Shown here piece by piece: positions 40,697 to 50,055 of a stretch of 64,000 nt of DNA. Origin of the DNA: Desulfobacterales bacterium (GTDB lineage Bacteria; Desulfobacterota; Desulfobacteria; Desulfobacterales; UBA5852). The stretch is taken from NCBI GenBank assembly GCA_963674755.2, contig CAXXVS010000002.1, positions 1 through 64,000 of the forward strand, written 5' to 3'. The translations under genes and the position numbers were made by a program. The notes under the pieces are model-generated. The model did not search any database. It was given only the letters and a program-made list of their open reading frames with translations, and had not been told where the DNA came from. Positions within the stretch are counted from its first letter, which is position 1; each line of letters starts with the position of its first letter.

Positions 40697-42787
40697 TCAA
40701 TCCCCCTTTTTTTTGTATTCCAGCCGCTTGACCCGGTAGACGCCCTTGTTCGATACCAGAACCATGGCGATCTCCCCCCGGGTGGTGCGCCAATCCCGGT
40801 TCGGCATGTGGTAGCGGACATGGAAGACGCCTTTCAGGGCGATCCGTCCAGTGGCGTCGTCTTTTTCCCAGGACATCAGGTCGATGGTATATCCCAGCCC
40901 GGCAAGGGCGGCGAAATTTTTCCGGTAGATGGGCAGCACCGTGCTGAATGGGCGGCCGTTTTCCAGGGCGTCTTTGGCGAAGAACAGGCGCAAGCGCTCT
41001 AGGTCGCGGCTTTCGTAGGCCTGGGCGTAGGCGCTGATGAAATCCCGCAGGCGGTCCTCGATCGAATAGGCTGGAAGCAGGGCGGGGGCGGGCGGTTTCG
41101 TCCGGGAATCCTCGGCCGCAGGTGACAGCGGCGGGGCAGCGGTTGTCGCAATGCGTGTCGCCGAGGGGAGCGGGGCTGGCCGCACGGCGTCGGTTTGCGC
41201 AGGCACCCTGCCCGAAGTTTCCACCATGGCGGGTGTCGGAAGTCCCCCGCTTGCTTGCCCTGGGATTGCCCTTGCCGGCCGTGGGACGGAATCGCCGGCG
41301 TTGTTCTTCAACGGGGCGGGTGCCGCGGCAAGGCCCAGGACCGCCGCAGGCTGTCGCCCGGGCGTTTTTCTCTCCGCCGCAGCCTCCTCGGCATATACGG
41401 GGTCGGGCGGCAGGGGGGCGGGCACTTCGTGCCCGATGAGCGGTGTTTCCGCTGTAAATGCCTCCGTCAGGCGTGGCCCAGAGACCGCTTCGGGCGATGG
41501 TGCGATTTTTGCGCTTCCGGCGGCCTCCCTGTCGGCCGGCTTGCCTGGGCGTGGTGCGAAAAGCGCCTTTTTCTTCGCGGCATCTCCGGCGCCGTCGGGT
41601 AGCGCCTCCTTTTGGGCAGGGGCTTGGGGCTCCCCTTTGGGCAGGGGGGCGCTCGATCCGATCTGCCGGGGCGCATCGGGCTTCGCCAGGTCCGTTGTGA
41701 CGACTGCGATGGGCGTTTCTTCCGGCGGGGACGGTTTCCCTGCGGTATCGGGTGCTACCCGGGAAATGATGACGGGCTTGCTCAGGGGCCACCCGCCCTG
41801 CTCCATAAAGACCCCCAGGCCGATGGCCAGCAGCAGTCCGGCGGCGGCCGCCGCCCAGGGCCATCGAGGGCGCCTGGTGGGCGGCAGGCTGTTTTGCAGC
41901 ATCAGGCCGGCGGTCACCGCGGCGGCCACCGGGCGGGCGTCCACCGCTTCCGGACCGGGTACCGGAAGACTGCGGGGGAGCTCTCCGGGCAGCATCAGGT
42001 CTTCGATGCTTTCGGCGATAATGTCGGCGCCGATGGTGTCCACATCCTTGACAAAGCCGCTCAGCAGGGCATGGTCGCAGAGAATATTGACGAGCCGGGG
42101 GGCGCCCTGGGAAAACTGGTGGATGAGCGGGAAGGCGTCCGGGCTGAAGATCGCGCGGGAAGCCCCGGCCACTTTCAGGCGATGGCGCACCAGTGCTTCG
42201 GTCTCCTCGAGGTCCAAGGCGTCCAGGTGATAGTTGACGGTGATGCGCTGCTTGAGTGCGCGGTTTACGGGCGCGGCGATAATGTCGAGGAATTCCTCCT
42301 GCCCCACGAAGAACACATTCAGCAGCTTTTGATCGGGGTCCTCGATGTTGGAGAGCAGTCGGATTTCCTCCAGGAGGGTCTGGTCCAGGCGCTGGGCCTC
42401 GTCCACGATGAGCAGGACGCTGCGCCCGGCCGCACGGTTTTTGCGCAGAAACTTCTCGAAGGCGAAAAGAAAGTCTACCTTGTTCGTGTAACGCCGGCGC
42501 ATGCCGTAGGCGTGGGCTATGAAGTTGAAAAACGCCATGGGCGTCAGGCTCGGATCCTGCACGGTGGCTACGACGACATGCTTGTCGAGCCGGCTGAGCA
42601 GGGAGTGGATGAGGGTGGTCTTGCCCGTGCCCACACCGCCCGACAGGAGCAGAAACCCTTTGCTGTTGCGCACGCCGTAGACCATCACCGCCAGGGCTTC
42701 CCGGTGTTTGTTCCCCATCCACAGGAAGGATGGGTCGGTGCTGATCTGGAAAGGCTTTTGCGTCAATCCGTAGAGATGGCGGTACAT
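40697..42787 (-). CDS. ExeA/GspA-family AAA ATPase with TM, Pro/Ala linker and C-terminal NTF2-like domain
   Basis: YGLTQKPF, GGVGTGKTT, IVDEAQRL, FVGQEE, SQGAPRLVNILCD. Confidence 0.9.
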   Translation of the reverse strand: MYRHLYGLTQKPFQISTDPSFLWMGNKHREALAVMVYGVRNSKGFLLLSGGVGTGKTTLIHSLLSRLDKHVVVATVQDPSLTPMAFFNFIAHAYGMRRRYTNKVDFLFAFEKFLRKNRAAGRSVLLIVDEAQRLDQTLLEEIRLLSNIEDPDQKLLNVFFVGQEEFLDIIAAPVNRALKQRITVNYHLDALDLEETEALVRHRLKVAGASRAIFSPDAFPLIHQFSQGAPRLVNILCDHALLSGFVKDVDTIGADIIAESIEDLMLPGELPRSLPVPGPEAVDARPVAAAVTAGLMLQNSLPPTRRPRWPWAAAAAGLLLAIGLGVFMEQGGWPLSKPVIISRVAPDTAGKPSPPEETPIAVVTTDLAKPDAPRQIGSSAPLPKGEPQAPAQKEALPDGAGDAAKKKALFAPRPGKPADREAAGSAKIAPSPEAVSGPRLTEAFTAETPLIGHEVPAPLPPDPVYAEEAAAERKTPGRQPAAVLGLAAAPAPLKNNAGDSVPRPARAIPGQASGGLPTPAMVETSGRVPAQTDAVRPAPLPSATRIATTAAPPLSPAAEDSRTKPPAPALLPAYSIEDRLRDFISAYAQAYESRDLERLRLFFAKDALENGRPFSTVLPIYRKNFAALAGLGYTIDLMSWEKDDATGRIALKGVFHVRYHMPNRDWRTTRGEIAMVLVSNKGVYRVKRLEYKKKGD

Positions 42788-42801
42788 GGATAATCACCCG
42801 G

Positions 42802-42996
42802 TGGCTAAGCGATCAAGTTTTAAGTGATTAAGTGAAAAACGGTGTCTTTTAACGGAAACCTTTTTAGGTTTTATGGATTTAAGGTGTTATGGTTAACGTT
42901 CAAATCCCTAAGGTCTTACCGGCGGGAATTGCATTGCTTAGATGCAGGTGAACCTGTTTTTTTCCTTAAAACCCTAAATCGTTAAAACCAAAAACC
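42802..42996. repeat. Nested periodic inverted repeats
   Basis: GGCTAAGC-GATCAAGT-TTTAAGT-GATTAAGT; TTTTAGGTTTTATGGATTTAAGG ... CCTTAAAACCCTAAATCGTTAAAACC. Confidence 0.85.
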
Positions 42997-43035
42997 TGTC
43001 GCTTTGCCAGTTTGACCTCCATCGGATGAATTTAC

Positions 43036-44811
43036 TTAATCACTTTTCCTTTTCTTCTCGACCTCATAATCCAGCCGGACCACCCGGTAGCTGGTGCCGT
43101 GAGGCAGGAGGTCCAAGGCGATGGTGCCCTGGCTGCGGTAGTCCTTCTGATCGCCCATCCGGCCTTCGGCCATGAAACGCCCCTTTACGACCAGGGGTGC
43201 GGTGGGACCGCTATCCTCCCAGCGGGCGATTTCGATGCGGTAGGACAGCCGTTCGAGGCGCGCCATGTTGTCCCGGTAGCGCGGAAGCATGTCTTTAAAA
43301 GGCTGCCCGTTCTCGGTGGCCGCCGGGCCGAACAGGGCCGCCAGGCGGTCCGGGTCCCGGGCCTCGTAGGTCCGGCAGTAATGGTCGATGAAAGCCCGGA
43401 TTCGGCTTTCGGTCGGAGGTGCCGGCCCGTCGGCGATAGGCGTTTCCACAACAGCGGTGAGGGGCGATACCGGCTGGAGAGGGGGACTTTCTTCACTATC
43501 CGATACAACGTCCGCGGATGTGCCGGTGTTGAGCCAGATTTCTATCAGGCCCCGTTCCCGGTGGCGATACCGCCGGGAGAGATTTTTCAGCTGCACGATC
43601 GGTTTCGCGTGGGGGGCGTTAGCGGCCAGGAAGGTCTGCACTGCGGCCCTGAGCGTCCGGGCGGCATCCCGGTCGGCGCTATTGAAATAGCGGATAGTGC
43701 TGGGAAGCATCAGGGATTCAGGCGTTGGGCCGATGCGGGCCGGCGGATAGCCCCTGTCGGAGAGATGGGCGGCCAGCGTTCCTGACAGCCGTGCGCCGTC
43801 CGCACCGGCATGGAAGATCGACAGGCGAAGGGAAGGGAGGGATGCTGCGGCGGTATCGACAGCCGTCTGCCTGCCGGCGCTATCCGCCTCCCCGTTCGAT
43901 GCGTCGGGCGTCGATGGCCGAGGCTTTTCCGGCGGTTGGATCGATTGTTCAGGTGGCGCATGGTCCGGCAGGGCCGATGGGGCCGGCGCAGCGTCCACCG
44001 AGAGCGGACCTGCGGCGGATCGCTTCTCAGGCCGGGGGCGCGTTTGCCCCGGCGCCGGGTTCGGTTCCGGCAGATCGATGGGGAAGGACGCTTTTCGGGG
44101 GAGGGCGCGGACTTGGGGAACCACCGGTTGGATGACCCGGTGCCGGGAGGCCTGGTAAGCGCTGCGCCGCCCCCGGGCGCGATCCAGCTGGTCGAGCACC
44201 AGGGCGGCGGCCACCAGCAGGAGCACCACCACGATCACGGCGGTGAAGCGGGCGCGCCGGGGGCGGGCATGGCGGAGAACTTGGGGATCGGGTTCGTACC
44301 AGGTGGTTTCGGCCGCCAGGCGTGTGTCGTAGGCTTCTTTGGCCGCGGGGTCGCGCAGGGTTTCATAGGCCTCGGTCAGGGCGGTAAAGCCCTGGGCGTC
44401 GGGCATTTGCCCCGGCCGGAGGTCCGGGTGCAGGTCCCGGGCCCGCCGGCGGTAAGCCCGGCGGATAGTGTCCGCGTCGCTGTCCGGTGCCACCCCGAGT
44501 ACTTTGTAGAAGGCCGCTTGCGGCGGGTCGGGTACCAGATGCAGGGCCTGGGCCACGGGCGTGAGCCGCGCCCGCAGACGGTCCAGGGTGATGTCCGCCG
44601 TGCGGCAGGCCTCTTGCAGCAGGGGCGGCGCTTGGTGCGCGGGGTTAAGGGCGACGATGCGGCGGCACAGGTCCAGGTAGTGCGCATTTTCCGCCACGCG
44701 GCTGATAACGGTGGGGCTGTCGCCCGCCGTGGCCACGGCCCGTACGAAGGCGGTCAGAACAGCGTTGGGGGCGTCAAGGTAGGGGCTATCGGGTTTCTTC
44801 ACGGTGGCCAC
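43036..44811 (-). CDS. Membrane-anchored J-domain protein with C-terminal NTF2-like domain
   Basis: FYKVLGV...RRARDLHPD...AYETLRDP; one TM; Pro-rich linker. Confidence 0.85.
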   Translation of the reverse strand: MATVKKPDSPYLDAPNAVLTAFVRAVATAGDSPTVISRVAENAHYLDLCRRIVALNPAHQAPPLLQEACRTADITLDRLRARLTPVAQALHLVPDPPQAAFYKVLGVAPDSDADTIRRAYRRRARDLHPDLRPGQMPDAQGFTALTEAYETLRDPAAKEAYDTRLAAETTWYEPDPQVLRHARPRRARFTAVIVVVLLLVAAALVLDQLDRARGRRSAYQASRHRVIQPVVPQVRALPRKASFPIDLPEPNPAPGQTRPRPEKRSAAGPLSVDAAPAPSALPDHAPPEQSIQPPEKPRPSTPDASNGEADSAGRQTAVDTAAASLPSLRLSIFHAGADGARLSGTLAAHLSDRGYPPARIGPTPESLMLPSTIRYFNSADRDAARTLRAAVQTFLAANAPHAKPIVQLKNLSRRYRHRERGLIEIWLNTGTSADVVSDSEESPPLQPVSPLTAVVETPIADGPAPPTESRIRAFIDHYCRTYEARDPDRLAALFGPAATENGQPFKDMLPRYRDNMARLERLSYRIEIARWEDSGPTAPLVVKGRFMAEGRMGDQKDYRSQGTIALDLLPHGTSYRVVRLDYEVEKKRKSD

Positions 44812-44825
44812 TAAAAGATTGGATA

Positions 44826-45032
44826 TGGGTTTAAGGATTTAGGGTGTTAGGGGCTAAAACCTGACCCGGTTGTCTGGAATGCGCAAGTCGTTTTTAATGC
44901 AAAAGCAATAACCATGAAAAACACGAAGGCATCCATCCTTTTTCGAACGGTATTTCTTCGTGGTAAATTTTTGTTGACGGGCGCTTTCCTGAGAGCCGTT
45001 AAACCTTAACGCCTTAAAACCCTAACACCCTA
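44826..45032. repeat. Nested inverted repeats: outer 9-mer, inner CACGAA-type
   Basis: GGGTTTAAG-GATTTAGGG-TGTTAGGGG ... CCTTAAAACCCTAACACCCTA; inner ACCATGAAAAACACGAAG ... CTTCGTGGT. Confidence 0.85.
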
Positions 45033-47342
45033 TTTCCCGGTCAGCTGTTTGGCCTGGGCTGTTTCCTTTCCGTAGCCGTAGTAGCGGTAGTAGGAGTGGT
45101 AGCCGTAGCGCCGGGTCATGTCCACCTTGTTGATGATGCATCCCAGGATGGTGGCCCGCACGTTGATCATGCTTTTCTTGAAGTGGCGCAGTTCGTCCCG
45201 CTTGGCCTCCCCCATGCCGGTGGCCAGCACCACGCCCCCCACGTTCTGGGCCAGCACCAGCACGTCGGCAAAGCCCTGGTGGGGCGGGGCGTCTACGATG
45301 ACCCGGTCGAAACGCTTTTCCAGGTAGCGCATGAGCTTGGTAAAACGTTTGGAGGCCAACAGCTCCACCGGGTTGGGGGGAATGGGCCCCGCCGGGATGA
45401 AGTGCAGGTTTTCCACCCCGTTGCGGCAGATGACGCCTTTTTGGGTCACCCCGGCCAGGAAGCTGGAAAGGCCCGGTGCCCCGTTGAAACCGTTTTCACT
45501 GAAGATTTTGTGGATGCGCGGCTTGCGCAAGTCGGCATCCACCACCACCACGTTCTCGCCCGCGCCGGCAAAGGTAAGCGCCAGGTTGGCCGCCAGGGTG
45601 GTTTTACCCTCCCCGGGCTTGGTGCTGGTGATGAGGAAGCTGCGGGCCTTGGGGCCGCTGCTGGAGAGTTGCAGCGACACCCGGGTGGTACGCATGGCCT
45701 CCGACATGGGTGCTCGCGGGTCGTGCAAAAAGGTTTTCTCCACGGAGTGGGAGGTGTCCTTGGAGATGGGCACCACCCCCAGGATAGGGATCTGGAAGCG
45801 GTCGCTGATCTCCTCCGGGTTGCTGACCGTGTCATTGAAGTATTCCAGCAGAAATGCCAGGCCAACTCCAGCCATGAGGCCCACCACGATGGCCAGCAGC
45901 AGGTTGCGCCGCACATTGGGTTTGGCGGGCAGGAGGGAGAGGTCGGCCGGGCTGACCACGCTGATGTTGCTGGAGGCCACCCCCACCATGGACTCGATTT
46001 CCCGACTGCGGTGCAGCAGGCTTTCATAGATGCTCTTGTTGGTTTCCACTTCGCGGGCCATGATCTTGTACTGGGTGGCGCGCTCGTTGAGCTCCAGGGC
46101 CAGCTGCTTCTGGTGCTCCACCCGCGCCCGCATGGTGTCCACCCGCTGCCGGGCAGCCATGAATTCGTTCTTGAGGGACTGGAAGATCTTCTGCTCCTCG
46201 GCGGCGATGCGCTGGGCGGTGGAGTCCATGCGGGCCTTGAGTGTTTTGACGGACGGATACTCGGGCTGGAAGGTCACGCTCAGCTGGTCGTGCTCGGATG
46301 TCAGACGGGAATATTCGGCCTTAAGTTCCGCGATCATGGGGCTGCTCATGACCTGGGGCATGTTGCCGGGTCCGTCCGCGATGGCCTGCTTATAGACGGC
46401 CTCCTTCTGGATAAAGTCCCCTTCGGCGTCCGCCAGCAGGCTGTTCAGCCCCTCCAGCTCACGGTAGACCCCGTTCAGGTTGGTGTCCATGGAGACGATG
46501 CCGGCGGCCTTGGCGAAGTGGTTCATCTGTTCCTCGGCACGTTCCAGGTTGACCTTGGCCCGGTCGATCTGCTTCATCAGGAAGGTCTGGGCCGTGGCCG
46601 AGGCCCCCAGGCGCTGCTCCATGCGCCAGTTGATGAATTCCTGGCAGACGGCGTTGACCACGTCCCGGGAGAGCATGGGGTCTTCGGACAGGAAGCCCAC
46701 CGTCATGAGCATACTGGTGCCGTTGGAGGACACGTCCAGGCCCCCTTTTAGATACCCTGCCAGGGACTGGCGCAGGAGGTATTCCTCGGACAACAGGCTG
46801 TCGTCGACCAGGGGTTTGGCCGCCTCGTCCTTGGGCAGGAACGATTTGATGAAATTCTTGATGCCCTGCTTGAGCCGTGTGATGGGGCCCGGTTCGGTGT
46901 CCGCGAAGAAGAGTTCCTGGATCACCGGATGGTCCTTGAGGTTCATGCGGTCCACCACCCGCTCCAGGAAAGTCGGATTGGTGATGAGCTGCACCTGGGT
47001 TTCGAAATATTCCTCCGACATCCAGCGCGGGGTGGTCTCGGAGAGCTCCTGGAAGTTGGTGACGTTCTGGTCGGACTGGGCGATCTCCAGGGTGGCGTAG
47101 GACTCGTAGAGTTTGGGTTGGGAGAGGGTCAGGATCAGGGTGGTCACGAAGGTCAGCAACAGGACGCTGATAATGAGCCATTTGCGCCGCAGGAGCACCT
47201 CCAGGTAGTCCCGTAGGTGGATCTCTTCCTGCTCCCACTCGGGAACCGGGCTGCGCAGGTCGGTGGACGGCAGGTAGGCCGCCTCGCCCCCCATTCGGCT
47301 GGGGACCACGGGGTAACGCGGATCGTGCAGGTTGTCGTGCAT
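45030..47342 (-). CDS. Wzc/GumC polysaccharide co-polymerase with BY-kinase domain
   Basis: EIHLRDYL, two TM, STKPGEGKTT, DADLRKP, VDAPP, Tyr-rich tail RRYGYHSYYRYYGYG. Confidence 0.95.
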   Translation of the reverse strand: MHDNLHDPRYPVVPSRMGGEAAYLPSTDLRSPVPEWEQEEIHLRDYLEVLLRRKWLIISVLLLTFVTTLILTLSQPKLYESYATLEIAQSDQNVTNFQELSETTPRWMSEEYFETQVQLITNPTFLERVVDRMNLKDHPVIQELFFADTEPGPITRLKQGIKNFIKSFLPKDEAAKPLVDDSLLSEEYLLRQSLAGYLKGGLDVSSNGTSMLMTVGFLSEDPMLSRDVVNAVCQEFINWRMEQRLGASATAQTFLMKQIDRAKVNLERAEEQMNHFAKAAGIVSMDTNLNGVYRELEGLNSLLADAEGDFIQKEAVYKQAIADGPGNMPQVMSSPMIAELKAEYSRLTSEHDQLSVTFQPEYPSVKTLKARMDSTAQRIAAEEQKIFQSLKNEFMAARQRVDTMRARVEHQKQLALELNERATQYKIMAREVETNKSIYESLLHRSREIESMVGVASSNISVVSPADLSLLPAKPNVRRNLLLAIVVGLMAGVGLAFLLEYFNDTVSNPEEISDRFQIPILGVVPISKDTSHSVEKTFLHDPRAPMSEAMRTTRVSLQLSSSGPKARSFLITSTKPGEGKTTLAANLALTFAGAGENVVVVDADLRKPRIHKIFSENGFNGAPGLSSFLAGVTQKGVICRNGVENLHFIPAGPIPPNPVELLASKRFTKLMRYLEKRFDRVIVDAPPHQGFADVLVLAQNVGGVVLATGMGEAKRDELRHFKKSMINVRATILGCIINKVDMTRRYGYHSYYRYYGYGKETAQAKQLTGK

Positions 47343-47407
47343 TATTTTACTTCCTATCCATTGTTGGGCGTGGTTTCGCTGGCGGTCGTTGTCGCAATGG
47401 TTGAGAA

Positions 47408-47552
47408 GGGGTTTAATGCTTTAGGGTTTTAAGGCAGAGACGATTAAGCTGGTGAAAAAAGAAGTTTAGGCCTTAAGGGGCTAGTGTTTTTTATGGCCAT
47501 GCGCTAAATTTTTACCATAGAGAACCTTAAAACGTTAAATCCCTGAACCCTA
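47408..47552. repeat. 9-mer periodic inverted repeats
   Basis: GGGTTTAAT-GCTTTAGGG-TTTTAAGGC ... CCTTAAAAC-GTTAAATCC-CTGAACCCTA. Confidence 0.82.
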
Positions 47553-48782
47553 AGAATCGGTGCCGGCAGAGGCTGCCTTTGGCATCGGTTCGATATCAAA
47601 ATCATCCACCCACAGCGTCCCGGCGATCTTACTGTCGAAGCGCCGGCTTTTGTTGCGGCGCAGTCGGACCACCACGGCCCGGCAGTCTTTCGGCGGCGTG
47701 AAGGTCAGGGTTTCCGCCTGCCAGTCGCGGTCGCCGGTCAGCATGGGGCCCGGCACCCGGAAGCCCCGGCAGTCGAAGCCGTAGATCTCCACGAAGGGTC
47801 CCTGGTCGGTGGTCAGGCCCCGGCCGCGCCACCACCAGTGCAGGCGATAGGTCACGCCCGCTGTTACGGGCACGATCTGGTAGAGGTGATGGAAAGCGAC
47901 GTTTTCCTGCCCGTAGAAGGTAAGGCGGGCGGCCGTGCCGCGGCCGTGCCCCTGGCCGAAGGCCTGCTGTAACTGCCATTGCCCTGCGGGATCGCGCCCC
48001 CAGCGCCAGTCAAAGCCCGTATTGCTTACCGCCTGCTCGAATCCGCCGTTGGTCAGGGGACCGGATCCGTTGGCGCCATACCAAATGGCGTCCGCCTCGC
48101 TGACGTCTTTCATAGATATCAAAAAACTCACGAATTTCAAGCGGATACTCTCGTCCGGTGGGCCATCGGCAGTGATTGCCTGCCAAACCGCCCGGGCGTC
48201 GTCCAGTCGGCTCCAGCGCATGAGCCATTCCAGGTAGGCCGGCCGGGCCTCCGGAGCCAGGGCGGCCAGGGTGGCCCGGGCGTCACCGTCGAAGTGGGTG
48301 TCTGCCAGGGCGAAAGTGTCAGTTAACTTCCAACCCCGCACGGCCAGTCGGTTGACGCAGCGGCGGAAGACGTCTTCCATGCCCAGGTCGTGGGCCAGCA
48401 GCGCCGTGGGCCACTGCCAGAACAAAACGTCTTCGGTACGCCGCGCCACGAAGGCCACCACGGCCCGGGCCTTGTCGCTGTGCCCGATGGCGGCTTCGGC
48501 TTCGGCCAGTTTGAGCCAGGCCCCCATGCGGGCCGGATCCCGGGTGACGGCCTCCCGGTAGTACGCCGCCGCCCCGGCAGTATCCAGGCCAAACCAGGCC
48601 CGTTGCCCAAAGGCTATCATAGCTTCCGGGAAGTACCGCAAGGTTTGGGCCTCTTCGTCGCTGAAGGTATAGTCCTGGAAATACAGATGCCGCTGCTGCC
48701 ACGCGAAGGGCAGCAGCCAGGCGGCGAAGCCGGTTAGAAACAGAGTAGCGACGGCGGCCAAAATGTGGCGTTGGGTCATCAT
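47550..48782 (-). CDS. Membrane-anchored TPR-like protein with C-terminal carbohydrate-binding-like domain
   Basis: N-terminal TM, AYYREAVTRDP helical repeat, LTNGGFE...WVDDF jelly-roll motif. Confidence 0.7.
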   Translation of the reverse strand: MMTQRHILAAVATLFLTGFAAWLLPFAWQQRHLYFQDYTFSDEEAQTLRYFPEAMIAFGQRAWFGLDTAGAAAYYREAVTRDPARMGAWLKLAEAEAAIGHSDKARAVVAFVARRTEDVLFWQWPTALLAHDLGMEDVFRRCVNRLAVRGWKLTDTFALADTHFDGDARATLAALAPEARPAYLEWLMRWSRLDDARAVWQAITADGPPDESIRLKFVSFLISMKDVSEADAIWYGANGSGPLTNGGFEQAVSNTGFDWRWGRDPAGQWQLQQAFGQGHGRGTAARLTFYGQENVAFHHLYQIVPVTAGVTYRLHWWWRGRGLTTDQGPFVEIYGFDCRGFRVPGPMLTGDRDWQAETLTFTPPKDCRAVVVRLRRNKSRRFDSKIAGTLWVDDFDIEPMPKAASAGTDS

Positions 48783-48809
48783 GGAAATTTTTTTTGCGAT
48801 AAAGAAAAG

Positions 48810-48903
48810 TTGGATTGGTTACCTGTTATGGGGTCATGGGTATTCGGTTTCATCGGGGAGTTCTTCGGTTTGTTACAACCGGTAACCGATAACGAATGAC
48901 CAA
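48810..48903. repeat. 7-mer periodic inverted repeats
   Basis: GTTACCT-GTTATGG-GGTCATG-GGTATTC ... CGGTAAC-CGATAAC-GAATGAC. Confidence 0.75.
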
Positions 48904-48923
48904 CCCACGAAGCGGGCCTGTAA

Positions 48924-49724
48924 TCAGTTCTTTCTTCGGAACATCTCCCAAAACCGCCCGCGGCGGTTGGTGCGCTGGGGCAGGTCGGCTCTATCCATGT
49001 TTTTCATGGGGTGGCCGTTGAGGACTTTGGACGGGTTTTCCACGGTGAGCAGGGCCAGGTTTTTGCGGCCCACCAGTCCGGCCAGTTCTTCCACCCCCCG
49101 GCGCACGATGCGCGCGCTGCGATCCCGGGTGTCGTGGCTGTCGGTGGCCAGGCAGTGCACGGCGCCGGCGAGCAGCAGATGCCGGGCCGCTTTCCAGGCC
49201 GTTTTGCCGTGCGTGCCGATCAGGCTGGTCCAATTGACCTGCAAGTGGACGCCCGTCTCCAGCAGCCGCTCCACCAGGGCCGGCTGGCTGGCCAATTGCG
49301 CGCAGCGCTCAGGATGGGCCATCAGGATCTTGAACCCCCGGCCGGTCACCTCGAAGAGGATCTGCTCCCAATGCAGGGGCAGGCGCTGGAAGGGCGGTTC
49401 GATCAACACGTAAGCCCCCCCCGCCAGGGGGATCACCTCGCCCTTGTCCAGCATGGCGGGCACTTCCGGGGCCAGGGTGATCTCCATGCCGGGCAGCACG
49501 GTCAGATCCAAATGGTCCTCTTGCATGATGGCATTGAGGTTTTCCACGTGCAGGGCGACGGATTGGGCGAACTTGACGCCCCGGTCTTCCGGCACCGCAT
49601 GGGGGGTGGCAATCACCCGGGAGTAGCCGGCCCGGACGTAGTGGCGCGCCATTTCCAGGCTATGCCCGATATCCCGGGCTCCGTCGTCGATCCCGGGCAA
49701 AATGTGGGAGTGGATGTCGAGCAT
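48924..49724 (-). CDS. PHP-family tyrosine phosphatase (CpsB/CapC/YwqE type)
   Basis: DIHSHILPGIDDG, ATPH, GME, AHPER, TDSH. Confidence 0.94.
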   Translation of the reverse strand: MLDIHSHILPGIDDGARDIGHSLEMARHYVRAGYSRVIATPHAVPEDRGVKFAQSVALHVENLNAIMQEDHLDLTVLPGMEITLAPEVPAMLDKGEVIPLAGGAYVLIEPPFQRLPLHWEQILFEVTGRGFKILMAHPERCAQLASQPALVERLLETGVHLQVNWTSLIGTHGKTAWKAARHLLLAGAVHCLATDSHDTRDRSARIVRRGVEELAGLVGRKNLALLTVENPSKVLNGHPMKNMDRADLPQRTNRRGRFWEMFRRKN

Positions 49725-49792
49725 AAGAAAGTCAGCTGGTGAGCAATAGCTTCAGCTAATGCGTTGATAAGCTGATGAGTAGTAAAAAAGTT

Positions 49793-49910
49793 GGTAAAAA
49801 GGGGCCGAGGATCCAAGGTCGAATAGGCAAAGGGACAATGAAAATGCAAGGGGCCGAGGAGCCGAGGGGTCAAGGGCGAAAAGCAAAAAATTGAATCCTC
49901 GGGCCCTCAG
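49793..49910. repeat. 8-mer repeat arm left of the four-helix-bundle remnant
   Basis: GGTAAAAA-GGGGCCGA-GGATCCAA; GGGGCCGA-GGAGCCGA-GGGGTCAA-GGG; TTGAATCC-TCGGGCCC. Confidence 0.82.
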
Positions 49911-49924
49911 TACCTATAATTTCT

Positions 49925-50054
49925 TCAGATCTTGCTTTCCAGGGAGTTGATTGGTGCTTTCATCATTCGGGAATTTTGAGGTCAGACCATAGCGCTTCAG
50001 GTAGAGGTCGTATGATTTTTGCCATACCTGGAGATCTTTGTAATCTTTTAGTAT
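49925..50054 (-). pseudogene. Internally deleted four-helix-bundle protein gene (TIGR02436/PF05635 23S-IVP, Avd-like fold)
   Basis: From ATA at 50054: ILKDYKDLQVWQKSYDLYLKRYGLTSKFPNDE (family N-terminus); overlapping frame RMMKAPINSLESKI* (family C-terminus), TGA at 49925-49927. Confidence 0.85.
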
Positions 50055-50055
50055 A

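Noticed and set aside
40653..42797. 714-aa alternative-frame ORF over the ExeA-type gene
   Set aside because: Arg/Pro/Gly-rich off-frame reading of GC-rich DNA; the 696-aa frame holds all ATPase motifs.
49925..50054. Diversity-generating retroelement suggested by the Avd-like fold
   Set aside because: No reverse transcriptase and no TR/VR pair with adenine-specific mismatches seen in the window.
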